A DNA stretch of 64,000 nt from an uncultured Candidatus Saccharibacteria bacterium. GTDB lineage: Bacteria; Patescibacteriota; Minisyncoccia; Phycocordibacterales; CAIZLB01. The notes under the pieces are model-generated. The model saw only the letters and a program-made list of their open reading frames with translations, was not told where the DNA came from and searched no databases. Of this stretch, positions 1 through 10,110 are shown one piece after another; the stretch's first letter is position 1, and every line of letters begins with the position of its first letter. The position numbers were made by a program, and so were the translations under genes. The stretch spans positions 22,231 through 86,230 of the forward strand of contig CAYJDM010000003.1 in NCBI GenBank assembly GCA_964368945.1, given 5' to 3'.

Positions 1-33
1 TTTCTGATACTCTTTGACCCATACATATACGAT

Positions 34-297
34 ATGAATAATTCATCAAATCCGCATCACAATAATTCAGGCTCAAATAAGGCCATAAAGCCGACAATCG
101 CAGGCATAGTCGTGGAATCTCTCCCGAATGCCATGTTCAAAGTGCGGTACCAGACGCCAGAAGGCGAAGACCGAGAGCTTTTGACATATATGGCCGGCAA
201 GATGACCTATAACCGAATCCGCGTCCTCATCGGCGATCGCGTTACCGTAGAAATCGATCCGTATGGAGGGAAGGGGAAGATTGTGAGACGAGGCTAA
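34..297 (+). CDS. infA: translation initiation factor IF-1
   Basis: 87 aa; S1-like core IAGIVVESLPNAMFKVRY...GKMTYNRIRVLIGDRVTVEIDPYGGKGKIVRRG matches IF-1; Asn/Ser-rich N-terminal extension; heads the infA-rpmJ-rpsM-rpsK-rpsD-rpoA-rplQ block. Confidence 0.9.
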   Translation: MNNSSNPHHNNSGSNKAIKPTIAGIVVESLPNAMFKVRYQTPEGEDRELLTYMAGKMTYNRIRVLIGDRVTVEIDPYGGKGKIVRRG

Positions 298-312
298 CCC
301 AGATTTCCAATT

Positions 313-1146
313 TTGTCTTCGATGAAATTTAGACCCATAACGCCCCGATATAAGAATACTGATCTGACACTTGTTGAAGGCATCCCGGAGTACATGATGC
401 GACCGGTGGCTTCTTGGATTCGAGGGCTTCTGGTTCCAACCAAATATTTTATAGAGGAAAACTTCAGTGGGCCCGAACGAATAAGCGCAGATTTTGCAAA
501 CAGACTCAACATTTTATTTCGAGAGCAATTTCCAACCAAATGGTCGGAACTGTTGATCTTTCTTTTTTGTGACAAAGATAGAATTATTAATTTTATTGCT
601 TTTTGCTTACAAAACATCGCCACAACGCAGGACGCAAACGAGCTTGAGATGATTCTTGCTGACGGAGGATCTGCATGGACAGTTACAAATACATTCCCGG
701 AACCGCACGAGTACCAATACGGAGATTTCGACTTAACCTCTAGGGTTCCAAGCGTTGTTGAATCAGCTTCGCAATCGGCATTAGATGAAAACGGCTTACT
801 TAAAGAAGCTTGGGTAGCATGTTATTCAAAAAATCCAGACTATGAAAAAGCTGTGTCCAAATGTGTCGATTTTCTCGAAGGCATGTTTAAAAAGCACTAT
901 TTTCCAAAAATCGTAAAACCGAATCTGACCTTATTTGTAAATGATTTCGAGCAAAATCCTTCTGTTTTAAATTTCAAAGGATCGTCACTTTTAAACCCTA
1001 CAAGCGCCATGACGATCCTGGCCAAAACCTTTGTCTCTGTCAGGGGCCAGCATACCAGCGGTCAGGGCAGGATCCCGACAAAAGAAGAGGCTGAATTCGT
1101 ACTTCATTACACTATTTTTTGCTGGAATATGCATGCCAGGCCATAA
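313..1146 (+). CDS. hypothetical protein inserted between infA and rpmJ
   Basis: 277-aa ORF with no recognisable motif; AT-richer than the flanking ribosomal genes; interrupts an otherwise contiguous operon junction. Confidence 0.5.
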   Translation: MSSMKFRPITPRYKNTDLTLVEGIPEYMMRPVASWIRGLLVPTKYFIEENFSGPERISADFANRLNILFREQFPTKWSELLIFLFCDKDRIINFIAFCLQNIATTQDANELEMILADGGSAWTVTNTFPEPHEYQYGDFDLTSRVPSVVESASQSALDENGLLKEAWVACYSKNPDYEKAVSKCVDFLEGMFKKHYFPKIVKPNLTLFVNDFEQNPSVLNFKGSSLLNPTSAMTILAKTFVSVRGQHTSGQGRIPTKEEAEFVLHYTIFCWNMHARP

Positions 1147-1260
1147 AAACCCCAAAAACAGCCCAAAACACCCACAAAAGGCCCTAAATGGCCCCTTTAC
1201 ACCAGCCTCAACCTGTAGTAGGATTGCTCGGCATCTTTATTAATAAATTATTTTGTCGTT

Positions 1261-1377
1261 ATGCGAGTTAGAGCCTCAGTGAATAAAAAATGCTCACACT
1301 GCAAAGCCGTCCGAAGAGGAGGGGTTTTGTTCGTTATTTGTAAGGCTAACCCTCGACATAAACAGCGACAAGGTTAA
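1261..1377 (+). CDS. rpmJ: 50S ribosomal protein L36 (bL36)
   Basis: Translated by hand and absent from the ORF track (38 aa): [38 protein letters not shown]. Has the C-x2-C...C-x4-H zinc ribbon and the KHKQRQG tail typical of L36; sits in the expected position before rpsM. Confidence 0.85.
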   Translation: MRVRASVNKKCSHCKAVRRGGVLFVICKANPRHKQRQG

Positions 1378-1392
1378 TTCAAGTCACTCACA

Positions 1393-1767
1393 ATGCGTAT
1401 ACTAGGTATAAACATCCCGGATCGCCGACTTGATATGGCTTTGACTGCTCTCTATGGCGTGGGACGAAGCCGATCAAAAAGCATCCTAAAGGAAGCTGGT
1501 ATTGATTTTGGTAAAAAAACATCAGAATTGACACCGAAGGAAGAAGAAACTATTAAAAACCTTATCGAAGCAATCACACTTGAAGCGGACTTGAAACGAG
1601 AAGTTTCAGGAAATATCAAGCGATTGAAAGATATCAAAAGCTACCGAGGTTCTCGCCATGCGCGAAGACTTCCGGCTCGAGGCCAGCGAACCAAGACCAA
1701 TGCTCGAACGCTCAAGGGCGTGAAGAAGACTATGGGATCTGGTAAGAAGAAGGAAACTAAGAAATAA
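1393..1767 (+). CDS. rpsM: 30S ribosomal protein S13
   Basis: MRILGINIPD...ALTALYGVGRSRSK, basic C-terminal tail; conserved operon position. Confidence 0.95.
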   Translation: MRILGINIPDRRLDMALTALYGVGRSRSKSILKEAGIDFGKKTSELTPKEEETIKNLIEAITLEADLKREVSGNIKRLKDIKSYRGSRHARRLPARGQRTKTNARTLKGVKKTMGSGKKKETKK

Positions 1768-1776
1768 ACATAATAT

Positions 1777-2202
1777 ATGGGAAAGAAACGAATTGCCACA
1801 TCAGGGGCATCAGAAGCAGGTTCGAAGAAGTCAGATTCTTCAGGAAGCAAGCGAAAGCTTGATTCTGCCGTTCTCAATATCCAGTCTACATACAATAACA
1901 CCAAGGCCGTCCTTACGGATGCCAAGGGTAATGTCGTTGCATGGTCTTCTACCGGAGCTCTTGGATTCAAGGGCGCAAAGAAGGGTACTCCATACGCTGC
2001 CGCTAAGGTTGGCGAGGTTCTTGCCGACAAGGCAATGACTATGGGAGTAAAGGAAATCTCGGTTGTTATCAAGGGCGTAGGTTCTGGTCGAGAATCAGTT
2101 GCACGATCATTCGTATCAAAGGGCTTTTCACTCTCATCTATCAAGGATGTGACTGGAGTTCCTCACAATGGTCCTAAGCCTAAAAAGCCACGACGAGTAT
2201 AG
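1777..2202 (+). CDS. rpsK: 30S ribosomal protein S11
   Basis: NTKAVLTDAKGNVVAWSSTGALGFKGAKKGTPYAAAKVGE...VKGVGSGRESVARSF. Confidence 0.95.
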   Translation: MGKKRIATSGASEAGSKKSDSSGSKRKLDSAVLNIQSTYNNTKAVLTDAKGNVVAWSSTGALGFKGAKKGTPYAAAKVGEVLADKAMTMGVKEISVVIKGVGSGRESVARSFVSKGFSLSSIKDVTGVPHNGPKPKKPRRV

Positions 2203-2225
2203 TCGTTCTAATCTAATAAAAATTT

Positions 2226-2828
2226 ATGAAAATTGGCCCAAAATTTAAGATTGCCCGACGACTCGGCGCTCCAATCTTCGAAAAGACGCAGACTGCAAAG
2301 TTCAATGCTCAGATCGGAGGAAAGGACAAGCGACGAGGCGGCCCGAAAGGCGAGTATGCAAAGCAGCTTTTGGAAAAGCAGAAGGTTCGATTCACTTACG
2401 GTATCTCTGAGCGACAGTTCAGCCGATACGTTAAGGAAGTCATCGAGTCAAAATCTAGCCATCCGACTCTCAAGCTCTTTGAGCGACTAGAGACACGATT
2501 GGATAACATTACATGGAGATTCGGCTTGGTTCCTACGCGACGATTCGCTCGTCAGGTAGTTTCTCATGGTCATATCACGGTAAATGGACGAAAAGTAACG
2601 GTTCCTTCATACCTCATCAAGGCTGGCGATATCATCGCTATCCGACCTGGTAGCCAGAAGACCAAGCTCTTCGAGGAAATTGATGCTAAAATGAAGGAAG
2701 CGAATATCCAGAGCTGGTTGACGTGGAACGCTGAAAAGAAATCAGGATCGATGCTACGATTGCCAACACTTGAAGGACAGGATCTTCTGTTTGATCTAGG
2801 CGCAGTATTGGAATTTTACAAGAGATAA
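2226..2828 (+). CDS. rpsD: 30S ribosomal protein S4
   Basis: MKIGPKFKIARRLGAPIF N-terminus and C-terminal S4 RNA-binding domain (RRFARQVVSHGHITVNGRKV). Confidence 0.95.
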   Translation: MKIGPKFKIARRLGAPIFEKTQTAKFNAQIGGKDKRRGGPKGEYAKQLLEKQKVRFTYGISERQFSRYVKEVIESKSSHPTLKLFERLETRLDNITWRFGLVPTRRFARQVVSHGHITVNGRKVTVPSYLIKAGDIIAIRPGSQKTKLFEEIDAKMKEANIQSWLTWNAEKKSGSMLRLPTLEGQDLLFDLGAVLEFYKR

Positions 2829-2871
2829 TATTTAGACACCTTTTCTAATTAACATAATTAATTAAACCCTT

Positions 2872-3840
2872 ATGTCTGAAACAACAATCCTATTACCATC
2901 TAAGCCTAAAGTGATCAGCGAGAACGATACTCATGGCGAGTTCGAGATCGAAGGTCTTTATCCTGGATACGGACACACTCTCGGCAACTCACTCCGACGA
3001 ATCATCCTCTCATCTCTCCCTGGAGCAGCCATCACTCATGTGAAAATCGAAGGCGTCAGCCACGAATTTTCTACGATTGCAGGCGTCAAGGAGGACGTTT
3101 TGACTATCCTCTTGAACCTCAAGAAGGTTCGATTCATCATGTCTGGAGACGAGAATCAGACTGCAACCCTCAAGATCAAGGGAGCTCAGGCCGTAACTGC
3201 GAAAGATATCAAGCTGCCAGGACAGGTGACAATCACCAACCCTGATCAGCCTCTTTTCACAATCACGACTTCAGCGACTGAGGTTGAGATGGAAATCACT
3301 ATCGAGAAGGGAATCGGCTTCGTATCAAAGGAAGTCCTTCACAAGGATCGAGTGGATATCGGCGCTATCAGCCTCGATGCTACTTTTTCTCCTATCTTGC
3401 AGGCCAACTACGATGTAGATCAGATGCGAGTCGGCGATCGAACGGACTTCAACCGATTGAAGCTCATGATCCAGACTGACGGAACGATCTCTCCAAAGAA
3501 CGCCCTAGAGAAGTCTATCGAAATCATGATCACTCAGCTCAAGGCCATCATCGGCTTCAAGGAGGAGGAAATCATGCCTAGCAAGTCTGATATGATCCTT
3601 CCTATGGAAGAGAATCAGGCTGACAAGGATGCTCTCGACGATGTCCTAAAGACGCGAATCGAGTCTATCGACTTGTCACAGCGGACTGCGAACGCTCTCG
3701 TGAATGCCAATATCCGTACTGTCGGAGGCCTCATTCGAAAGAAGGAGGAGGACATTCTCGAAATCGCAGGTCTCGGATCGAAGGGTCTCGAGGAAATTAA
3801 AAGCATGCTCGAGTCACTTGGCTTATCTCTAAAAGCGTAG
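2872..3840 (+). CDS. rpoA: DNA-directed RNA polymerase subunit alpha
   Basis: 322 aa; EGLYPGYGHTLGNSLRRIILSSLPGAAITHVKIEGV N-terminal domain; C-terminal DLSQRTANALVNANIRTVGGL helix-hairpin-helix (alphaCTD). Confidence 0.95.
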   Translation: MSETTILLPSKPKVISENDTHGEFEIEGLYPGYGHTLGNSLRRIILSSLPGAAITHVKIEGVSHEFSTIAGVKEDVLTILLNLKKVRFIMSGDENQTATLKIKGAQAVTAKDIKLPGQVTITNPDQPLFTITTSATEVEMEITIEKGIGFVSKEVLHKDRVDIGAISLDATFSPILQANYDVDQMRVGDRTDFNRLKLMIQTDGTISPKNALEKSIEIMITQLKAIIGFKEEEIMPSKSDMILPMEENQADKDALDDVLKTRIESIDLSQRTANALVNANIRTVGGLIRKKEEDILEIAGLGSKGLEEIKSMLESLGLSLKA

Positions 3841-3866
3841 TACTATAGCGAACACTAAGAAAATCC

Positions 3867-4217
3867 ATGAGACACCATAATTCAAACCGAAAATTCGGCC
3901 GAGAACGAAACCAGAGACGAGCACTCTTGCGCTCTTTGGCTCGGGAACTCTTCCTCCACGGACGAATCGTGACGACTGAGGCCAAGGCCAAGGAAGTTCG
4001 ACCATACGCCGAGGAATTGATCACGAAGGCAAAGGCCAATACCGTAGCCAACACTCGACATGTAGCAGCGCGACTCGGAAACAATCCTATTGTTCCGAAG
4101 CTTGTCAACATCGTTGCTCCAAAGTACGTCGATCGCAATGGAGGCTATACGCGAATTATCAAGCTTGACCGACGTCCTTCAGACGGAAGCAAGATGGCCG
4201 TAATCGAGCTCGTATAA
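3867..4217 (+). CDS. rplQ: 50S ribosomal protein L17
   Basis: MRHHNSNRKFGRERNQRRALLRSLARELFLHGRIVTT. Confidence 0.95.
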   Translation: MRHHNSNRKFGRERNQRRALLRSLARELFLHGRIVTTEAKAKEVRPYAEELITKAKANTVANTRHVAARLGNNPIVPKLVNIVAPKYVDRNGGYTRIIKLDRRPSDGSKMAVIELV

Positions 4218-4227
4218 TCACATCACC

Positions 4228-4575
4228 ATGAAAAAGAAAGTAATCGACGCATCAAATAAGAAGCTTGGCCGAATCGCTACTGAAGCGGCTATGGCTTTGA
4301 TGGGCAAGGACAGCCCTGACTATCAGCGAAATACCGTTGCGGACGTGCAGGTTGAGGTAATCAATGCCGGCGCAATGGACATCTCTTCTATCAAGAAGGA
4401 CGACAAGTACTACCTTACTGTTTCTGGTTTTCCAGGCGGACAGAAGAAGGAAAAGCTTGGCGCATTGATGATCCGAAAGGGTGCCGAAGAAGCTCTCAAG
4501 CGAGCTATCAAGGGCATGCTTCCTGATAATAAGCTCAAAGCAAGAATGATTATCAATTTAAAGATCACCGCGTAA
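4228..4575 (+). CDS. rplM: 50S ribosomal protein L13
   Basis: 115 aa; RAIKGMLP motif; immediately followed by rpsI. Confidence 0.88.
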   Translation: MKKKVIDASNKKLGRIATEAAMALMGKDSPDYQRNTVADVQVEVINAGAMDISSIKKDDKYYLTVSGFPGGQKKEKLGALMIRKGAEEALKRAIKGMLPDNKLKARMIINLKITA

Positions 4576-4576
4576 T

Positions 4577-4981
4577 ATGGCAACTTCATCAAAGTATTTC
4601 CAGGGTACGGGACGACGAAAGACTGCCATTGCGCGAGTTCGAATGACTCCTGCGACTAAGCATTCGATCAAGATCAACGACCAGGATCTAGACACATATT
4701 TCAAGACTCAGGATCTTCAGAAGAAAGCCCTCCAGGCTTTGGCTGAAGACATAGTCGCAGAACAGAAGTTCGAGATCACTGTCCATGTAAATGGCAGCGG
4801 TACGAGCTCTCAGTCTGAGGCAATCCGACACGGAATCGCTCGAGCACTCGAAGATTTCGACAAGACTCTCCGAGCTAGCCTCAAGAAGGCTGGATACCTC
4901 ACGCGAGACGGACGAGCCAAGGAACGACGAAAGTTCGGCCTCAAGAAGGCTCGAAAGGCTCCACAGTGGTCAAAACGATAA
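4577..4981 (+). CDS. rpsI: 30S ribosomal protein S9
   Basis: [14 protein letters not shown]...HGIARAL...[25 protein letters not shown]. Confidence 0.95.
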   Translation: MATSSKYFQGTGRRKTAIARVRMTPATKHSIKINDQDLDTYFKTQDLQKKALQALAEDIVAEQKFEITVHVNGSGTSSQSEAIRHGIARALEDFDKTLRASLKKAGYLTRDGRAKERRKFGLKKARKAPQWSKR

Positions 4982-5006
4982 GCCGCGCTCTGCGACTATC
5001 ACAAGC

Positions 5007-5035
5007 GAAGAAGTCCCGAAAGGGGCTTTTTTCGT
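5007..5035 (+). terminator. intrinsic terminator after rpsI
   Basis: GTCCC-GAAA-GGGGC hairpin followed by a T-run. Confidence 0.5.
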
Positions 5036-5047
5036 TTTATATAAAAA

Positions 5048-6079
5048 TTGATCAAAATTTCATATCATCCATGCAATAATAGAGGCATGAATCCATCGAA
5101 TCCTTTGCCGAGAATATCCGTCACAATACCAGCCCTGAACGAGGAGGCAAATCTGTCCGCCTTATTCGAAAGCTTTCGCAATCAAGCATGCGATAAGGCC
5201 GATTTCGAAGTGATAATCGTGGACAATGGCAGCTGCGATCGAACACGCGGGATTGTGCAGGATGAGATAGGCATTGCCAGCTACCAGCTCCGACTGCTGG
5301 CAGAAGACAAGAAGGGCGTCGGATATGCGCGAAGGAAAGGCATGAATGATGCCGCAGCGCGAGGGATCCAATATCTGGCCGGGACGGATGCGGACAGCGC
5401 GGTGCCTGCGACCTGGATTGCCGATATCTTGAGTGCTTTTGATAAGACCGGTGCAGATTGTCTATTCGGTTCTGGAGAATGGGATCTGAGCGGTTTTGCC
5501 TCAAGGCCAGACTTGCAGGAAATATTTCAAGAAGCGCTGACCGTGCGCTTGGCATTATCGAAGCGGGTAATGATGCGACCTCGCGGAGTGAATTTCGCCA
5601 TAACGAAAGAAATGTATGAAAAAATCGGCGGCATGCCGCAGCCGACAGATGAGGCAGGGAAGTCTCAGCCGGGCGAAGATGTGCGTCTCGGCAAGCTGGT
5701 AGCGGAGCATAATGGAACGATCGCAACGATTGATGCGGTGGTCAAAACCAGCCCGCGACGACTGATGCAGGCATTGCTCAATAATACGCCCAATCATTAT
5801 TATTCCGATGATACCGATATGCGAAATGAGGAGGATTTATATAAGGCAGTTCTCGCAATAGACCTGGAAAAAGCCCGAGACTTCTTTGATGCGACAATCA
5901 AGCGCGTATTCGGGGACAGCATCCTGAGCAAGGTTGATACCGAAGAATGGGAAAAAGCCAAGCAATTCGTAGCGCCTCAGGAAAAAGAGTTTGCACAGGA
6001 TGCCGCCGCTATGGGCATCGACGAAATATATGCCAAATACAAGGCTCTTTTTATCTCAAATGCCAAAAGCTTGCAATAA
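5048..6079 (+). CDS. family 2 glycosyltransferase
   Basis: ISVTIPALNEEANLSALFESF...EVIIVDNGSCDRT (GT-A fold N-terminus) and TDADSAVP (DxD); the alternative start MNPSNP at 5087 is likely the true start. Confidence 0.75.
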   Translation: MIKISYHPCNNRGMNPSNPLPRISVTIPALNEEANLSALFESFRNQACDKADFEVIIVDNGSCDRTRGIVQDEIGIASYQLRLLAEDKKGVGYARRKGMNDAAARGIQYLAGTDADSAVPATWIADILSAFDKTGADCLFGSGEWDLSGFASRPDLQEIFQEALTVRLALSKRVMMRPRGVNFAITKEMYEKIGGMPQPTDEAGKSQPGEDVRLGKLVAEHNGTIATIDAVVKTSPRRLMQALLNNTPNHYYSDDTDMRNEEDLYKAVLAIDLEKARDFFDATIKRVFGDSILSKVDTEEWEKAKQFVAPQEKEFAQDAAAMGIDEIYAKYKALFISNAKSLQ

Positions 6080-6108
6080 ACCAACCTCGACCTTAAAATA
6101 CACCCACA

Positions 6109-6777
6109 ATGACTGAAAACGATATCAAAGACACATCTACAGACGAGACGCCGGTCAATCAGATCGACCTCGACGCCGAATATGAGGGCAAGCATGGCCC
6201 GCTTGATGTCGACGGCACTGAAATGGCGCCCAATGATCATACCGATGAGGAAGACATAACATTCGAGCAGGACGATACCACTCGGGAAAACACTCGGCCG
6301 GATGCCATGGCAAAAATCGCCAAGCTCAAGACCGAGATCGAGAAGCTCAAAGTCGAGAAGCAGCAGTATTTGGATAGCTGGCAGCGAGACAAGGCTGAAT
6401 TCATCAATGCGCGCAAGAGAGACGAAAGCTCGAAAGAGGAATTTCTCCGATTCGCCAATGTGGGATTCGTAGAAGAACTGCTTCCCGTAATCGACAGCTT
6501 CGAAGCTGCGATAAAGCATCAAGGCGAAACTGCAGCAAGCGATGCGAACGGCATCGGACTCATCTATAATCAATTCAAAACCACTCTCAAGAAGATGGGC
6601 GTCGAGGAGTTCGGCTTGGTAGGAGATGCATTCGACCCATCATTGCATCAGGCGATAGCGAATATCGAAACGACAGATAAGAAACAAGACCATACGGTAG
6701 CGGAGGTATTGCAGAAAGGCTATTCGATCCATGGAAAGGTCATCCGACCGGCTTTCGTGAAGGTGTTTCAGGCATAG
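6109..6777 (+). CDS. grpE: nucleotide exchange factor GrpE
   Basis: Acidic N-terminus, coiled coil LKTEIEKLKVEKQQYLDSWQRDKAEFINARKR, C-terminal GrpE beta domain; precedes dnaK/dnaJ. Confidence 0.9.
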   Translation: MTENDIKDTSTDETPVNQIDLDAEYEGKHGPLDVDGTEMAPNDHTDEEDITFEQDDTTRENTRPDAMAKIAKLKTEIEKLKVEKQQYLDSWQRDKAEFINARKRDESSKEEFLRFANVGFVEELLPVIDSFEAAIKHQGETAASDANGIGLIYNQFKTTLKKMGVEEFGLVGDAFDPSLHQAIANIETTDKKQDHTVAEVLQKGYSIHGKVIRPAFVKVFQA

Positions 6778-6891
6778 TCTATTTGTCTTATACGATCACT
6801 ATAGCAGGCATGAGAAAACCCGCTCCGCCAACATGTGGCGAGAGCGGGTTGAGGCAATGTAGGCCTCTGGCTGAGGGTCGACATACGACCG

Positions 6892-7389
6892 TCAATTAGC
6901 GAAAACGGGAGTTCCGGTGTCGTAAGGAGACTCGGGCAGTGAGGCCGAAGCCATCTTGCGATCCCTTTTCAGCGGTCTCTTTATGATTCCGACAACCCCG
7001 CACTGGACAGGCTCGCCTGCCTCATTGCGCATCACTTCATCGGAATCAGCTTTGGCGCTGGTCAACACCGTTGCTGCCTTCTTTTGCATCTCAGTGGCTT
7101 TTGTTCCTTTGAGACGCCATTCGAGGCCGAGTTTGAGGAATGCGAAATTGCATTCTGCGATTGCGACAGGATGCAGGGATCGATGCCTGTTAAAGCCCAA
7201 TCCACCGCTGATTTTTTCCAAAAAAAGAAGTGACGAGTCCGAAACATGATGCCTCATCGTTGCAATGAGCGGATCCCACCATGACTGGCTGGGTAGCGGC
7301 TTTAATTGGTATACTTTCTCATAACTCCCGTGCTGTGGGTTTCCCTTTTTTTCAGGCCCTTTTCCTTGCTTACAAGTACTTGTTTTCAT
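6892..7389 (-). CDS. hypothetical protein (weak call)
   Basis: 165-aa ORF of ordinary amino-acid composition in the 780-bp grpE-dnaK spacer; no motif recognised; the region may instead be non-coding. Confidence 0.3.
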   Translation of the reverse strand: MKTSTCKQGKGPEKKGNPQHGSYEKVYQLKPLPSQSWWDPLIATMRHHVSDSSLLFLEKISGGLGFNRHRSLHPVAIAECNFAFLKLGLEWRLKGTKATEMQKKAATVLTSAKADSDEVMRNEAGEPVQCGVVGIIKRPLKRDRKMASASLPESPYDTGTPVFAN

Positions 7390-7565
7390 TCTGTATGTAT
7401 CCCCGTTTTGTGTTGTTTGGTTCTAGTTTTACGTGTTGGTGGAAATAGCTCTGGTTCAACGTGAAGAACAAGGAGATCTTTTTCCGGATATAATGCTACC
7501 ACGCTTTCCTGATTTGTACATAGCAGAGGCTTGACAGTCATGCTATAATTATTTATATAAAAAGC

Positions 7566-7976
7566 ATGCAGCCCACTATCATCCAAAGGAAGCAAATAGG
7601 CAGCGTATCGGTGCTACTCGTACAGATCGGGTTGGCGCTCTATGTCATTGTCGTATTTCTTTCTCAGGCGGCTGATGGCAGCATTTCTCCAAAAATCCTC
7701 AAGGTACAGAAGGTGGCCGAGGCCAATGCGACGCGACTGGAGGGCTCACAGGCTTCGCAGGGCCAGTTCTTGGCGGCATTGCCACAAGCCGCGACCGCTC
7801 AGTCTACAGCGCTGGATGCGCAAATCGTCGCCCTTCTCGCGGCCCCTCAGCCCAAGACAGAGCCGATACCCGTCATTCCAGAGATCGCGACACCGGCCCA
7901 AAGCATTTTCTCATACGAATCAACTGATATACAAACGCTAGGATCTAAGCCTCGCGCCCCTTCGATTATTGCTTAA
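7566..7976 (+). CDS. hypothetical membrane-anchored protein
   Basis: 136 aa with one N-terminal TM helix (VSVLLVQIGLALYVIVVFL) and an Ala/Gln-rich tail. Confidence 0.45.
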   Translation: MQPTIIQRKQIGSVSVLLVQIGLALYVIVVFLSQAADGSISPKILKVQKVAEANATRLEGSQASQGQFLAALPQAATAQSTALDAQIVALLAAPQPKTEPIPVIPEIATPAQSIFSYESTDIQTLGSKPRAPSIIA

Positions 7977-8073
7977 TCTGACACCATTGCGCACGTTTTA
8001 AATTCGCGCTTTATGATTGTTGGATTTTTTTCTCTATATCAATAGTTAAACAAGCAATAACATCTAAATCAAT

Positions 8074-10002
8074 ATGGCAAAAATCATAGGTATCGATCTC
8101 GGTACAACAAACTCAGCGGTTGCGGTCATGGAGGCCGGCGACCCGAAGATCCTCGAAAATGCGGAAGGTTCTCGAACCACTCCGTCAATCGTAGCGATCT
8201 CAAAGACGAATGAGCGACTTGTCGGACTTCTTGCGAAGCGACAGGCCGTCACGAATCCAAAGAATACTACATATGGAATCAAGAGATTCATCGGGCATAG
8301 CTTCGATGAGACCGGCGTTCAGGAAGACAAGAAGACCGTACCATTCGATGTCGCAAAGGCGGCGAATGGCGGCGTTACTATCAAGATGGGCGATAAGGAA
8401 TATTCTCCGGAAGAGCTTTCGGCGATGATTTTGACAAAGCTCAAGAATGACGCTGAAGGAAAGCTTGGAGAAAAAATCACGGAAGCGATTATCACCGTTC
8501 CCGCATACTTCAACGATGCGCAGAAGCAGGCCACTATCGATGCCGGCAAGATCGCAGGCCTCGACGTAAAGCGAATCATCAATGAGCCGACTGCGGCAGC
8601 CCTCGCATATGGTTTTAACAAAAAGAATGATGAGAAGCTCGCAGTATTCGACTTCGGAGGAGGAACATTCGATGTATCTATCCTCGAGGTAGGAGAAGGC
8701 GTAGTGGAAGTAAAGTCTACCGACGGTGACCACCGACTCGGAGGACGAGATATCGACTATAAGGTCCTCAATTGGATCGCTGACGAATACAAGAAAGAGA
8801 GCGGCATCGACGTCCGAAACGATCCTCTCGCAATGCAGCGACTCGATGAGGCTGCTGAAAAGGCGAAGATCGAGCTTTCTACAGCGACAGAGACTGAAAT
8901 CAATATTCCATTCATCACATCTGATGCAAATGGCCCGAAGCACCTCGTCATGAAGATCTCTCGAGCAAAGCTTGAGGACATCGCGAGCGAATTCATCGAT
9001 CGAGCAATGCAGATCACGAAGCGAGCGCTCGAAGCGTCTCCATTCAAGGTTGGCGATATCAATGAGATCATCCTCGTAGGAGGACAGACTCGAATGCCAA
9101 AGATCCAGGAAATGGTAAAGGCATATTTCGGAAAGGAGCCGAACAAATCAATCAACCCTGATGAAGTAGTTGCCCTCGGAGCCGCTATTCAGGGAGGAAT
9201 CCTTGCGGGCGATGTGAAGGATATTCTCTTGCTCGACGTTATCCCTCTATCTCTCGGCATCGAGACCATGGGCGGAGTCGCGACTAAGCTTATTGAGAAA
9301 AACTCAACGATTCCTACATCAAAGTCTCAGGTCTTCTCAACGGCAGCAGACGGACAGACATCGGTGGAAATCCATATCGTTCAGGGAGAACGAGCGATGG
9401 CTGCAGACAATAAGTCTCTCGGAAAATTCATCCTCGATGGAATTCCAGCAGCGCCGCGAGGAATCCCACAGGTAGAAGTAAGTTTCGATGTCGATGCAAA
9501 CGGCATCTTGAACGTAAAGGCTAAGGACAAGGCAACGAATAAGGAACAGTCAATCCGAATCGAAGCGAAGTCAGGCCTCACCGATGCCGACATCGAGCGA
9601 ATGAAGAAAGATGCCGAAGCAAACGAAGCAGCGGACAAGACAAAGAAAGAAGAAGTTGAGGTTCGAAATACCGCAGACCATATGCTCTATTCCTCCGAAA
9701 AGGAATTGAAGGAGCATCGTGAGAAGGTTGCAGCGACTTCAGCAGATCTCATCACTTCACTCGAAGGCAAGATGGAGGCATTGAAGAAGGCCAAAGAGGG
9801 AACTGATATGGAAGCACTCAAGAAGTCGACTGAGGAACTTTCTGCTGATCTCATGAAGTTCGGCGAGGCAGTGAGCAAGGCTGGTCAGGCTGCCAATGGA
9901 GGAGCCCCTGGTGCAGATGCAGCGAATGCCAACGCTGGCGCGGGCCCAGATGCAGCTGCAGCGGGAGCCGAAGGTAATGTCCGAGACGCTGAGACTAAAT
10001 AA
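8074..10002 (+). CDS. dnaK: molecular chaperone DnaK (Hsp70)
   Basis: [33 protein letters not shown]; 642 aa. Confidence 0.97.
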   Translation: MAKIIGIDLGTTNSAVAVMEAGDPKILENAEGSRTTPSIVAISKTNERLVGLLAKRQAVTNPKNTTYGIKRFIGHSFDETGVQEDKKTVPFDVAKAANGGVTIKMGDKEYSPEELSAMILTKLKNDAEGKLGEKITEAIITVPAYFNDAQKQATIDAGKIAGLDVKRIINEPTAAALAYGFNKKNDEKLAVFDFGGGTFDVSILEVGEGVVEVKSTDGDHRLGGRDIDYKVLNWIADEYKKESGIDVRNDPLAMQRLDEAAEKAKIELSTATETEINIPFITSDANGPKHLVMKISRAKLEDIASEFIDRAMQITKRALEASPFKVGDINEIILVGGQTRMPKIQEMVKAYFGKEPNKSINPDEVVALGAAIQGGILAGDVKDILLLDVIPLSLGIETMGGVATKLIEKNSTIPTSKSQVFSTAADGQTSVEIHIVQGERAMAADNKSLGKFILDGIPAAPRGIPQVEVSFDVDANGILNVKAKDKATNKEQSIRIEAKSGLTDADIERMKKDAEANEAADKTKKEEVEVRNTADHMLYSSEKELKEHREKVAATSADLITSLEGKMEALKKAKEGTDMEALKKSTEELSADLMKFGEAVSKAGQAANGGAPGADAANANAGAGPDAAAAGAEGNVRDAETK

Positions 10003-10110
10003 TCACTAAAATCCTAAAAACTTTTACTGAGTAAAAAGGCATAAAGCGCACCGTCTCGATAGCGAGGCGGGCGCGAGTATGCCTTTTTCCCAAAAACTGG
10101 CAAAAATAAA

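Noticed and set aside
1147-1260. A/C-rich tract (AAAACCCCAAAAACAGCCCAAAACACCCACAAAAGGCCC) before rpmJ as a possible terminator or repeat
   Set aside because: No convincing stem; most likely just the spacer preceding the rpmJ ribosome-binding site.
1641-2144. 167-aa minus-strand ORF antisense to rpsM/rpsK
   Set aside because: It lies fully inside highly conserved ribosomal protein genes and has antisense-type composition.
6080-8073. CIRCE element/HrcA, tmRNA and RNase P RNA in the grpE-dnaK region
   Set aside because: I could find no CIRCE inverted repeat, no tmRNA tag reading frame or T-arm, and no RNase P P4 motif (GGAAAGTCCGG) by eye. This is absence of evidence only and needs a covariance-model scan.
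8200-9155. Minus-strand ORFs (247 aa, 132 aa, 100 aa) inside dnaK
   Set aside because: Antisense to an unambiguous Hsp70 gene.
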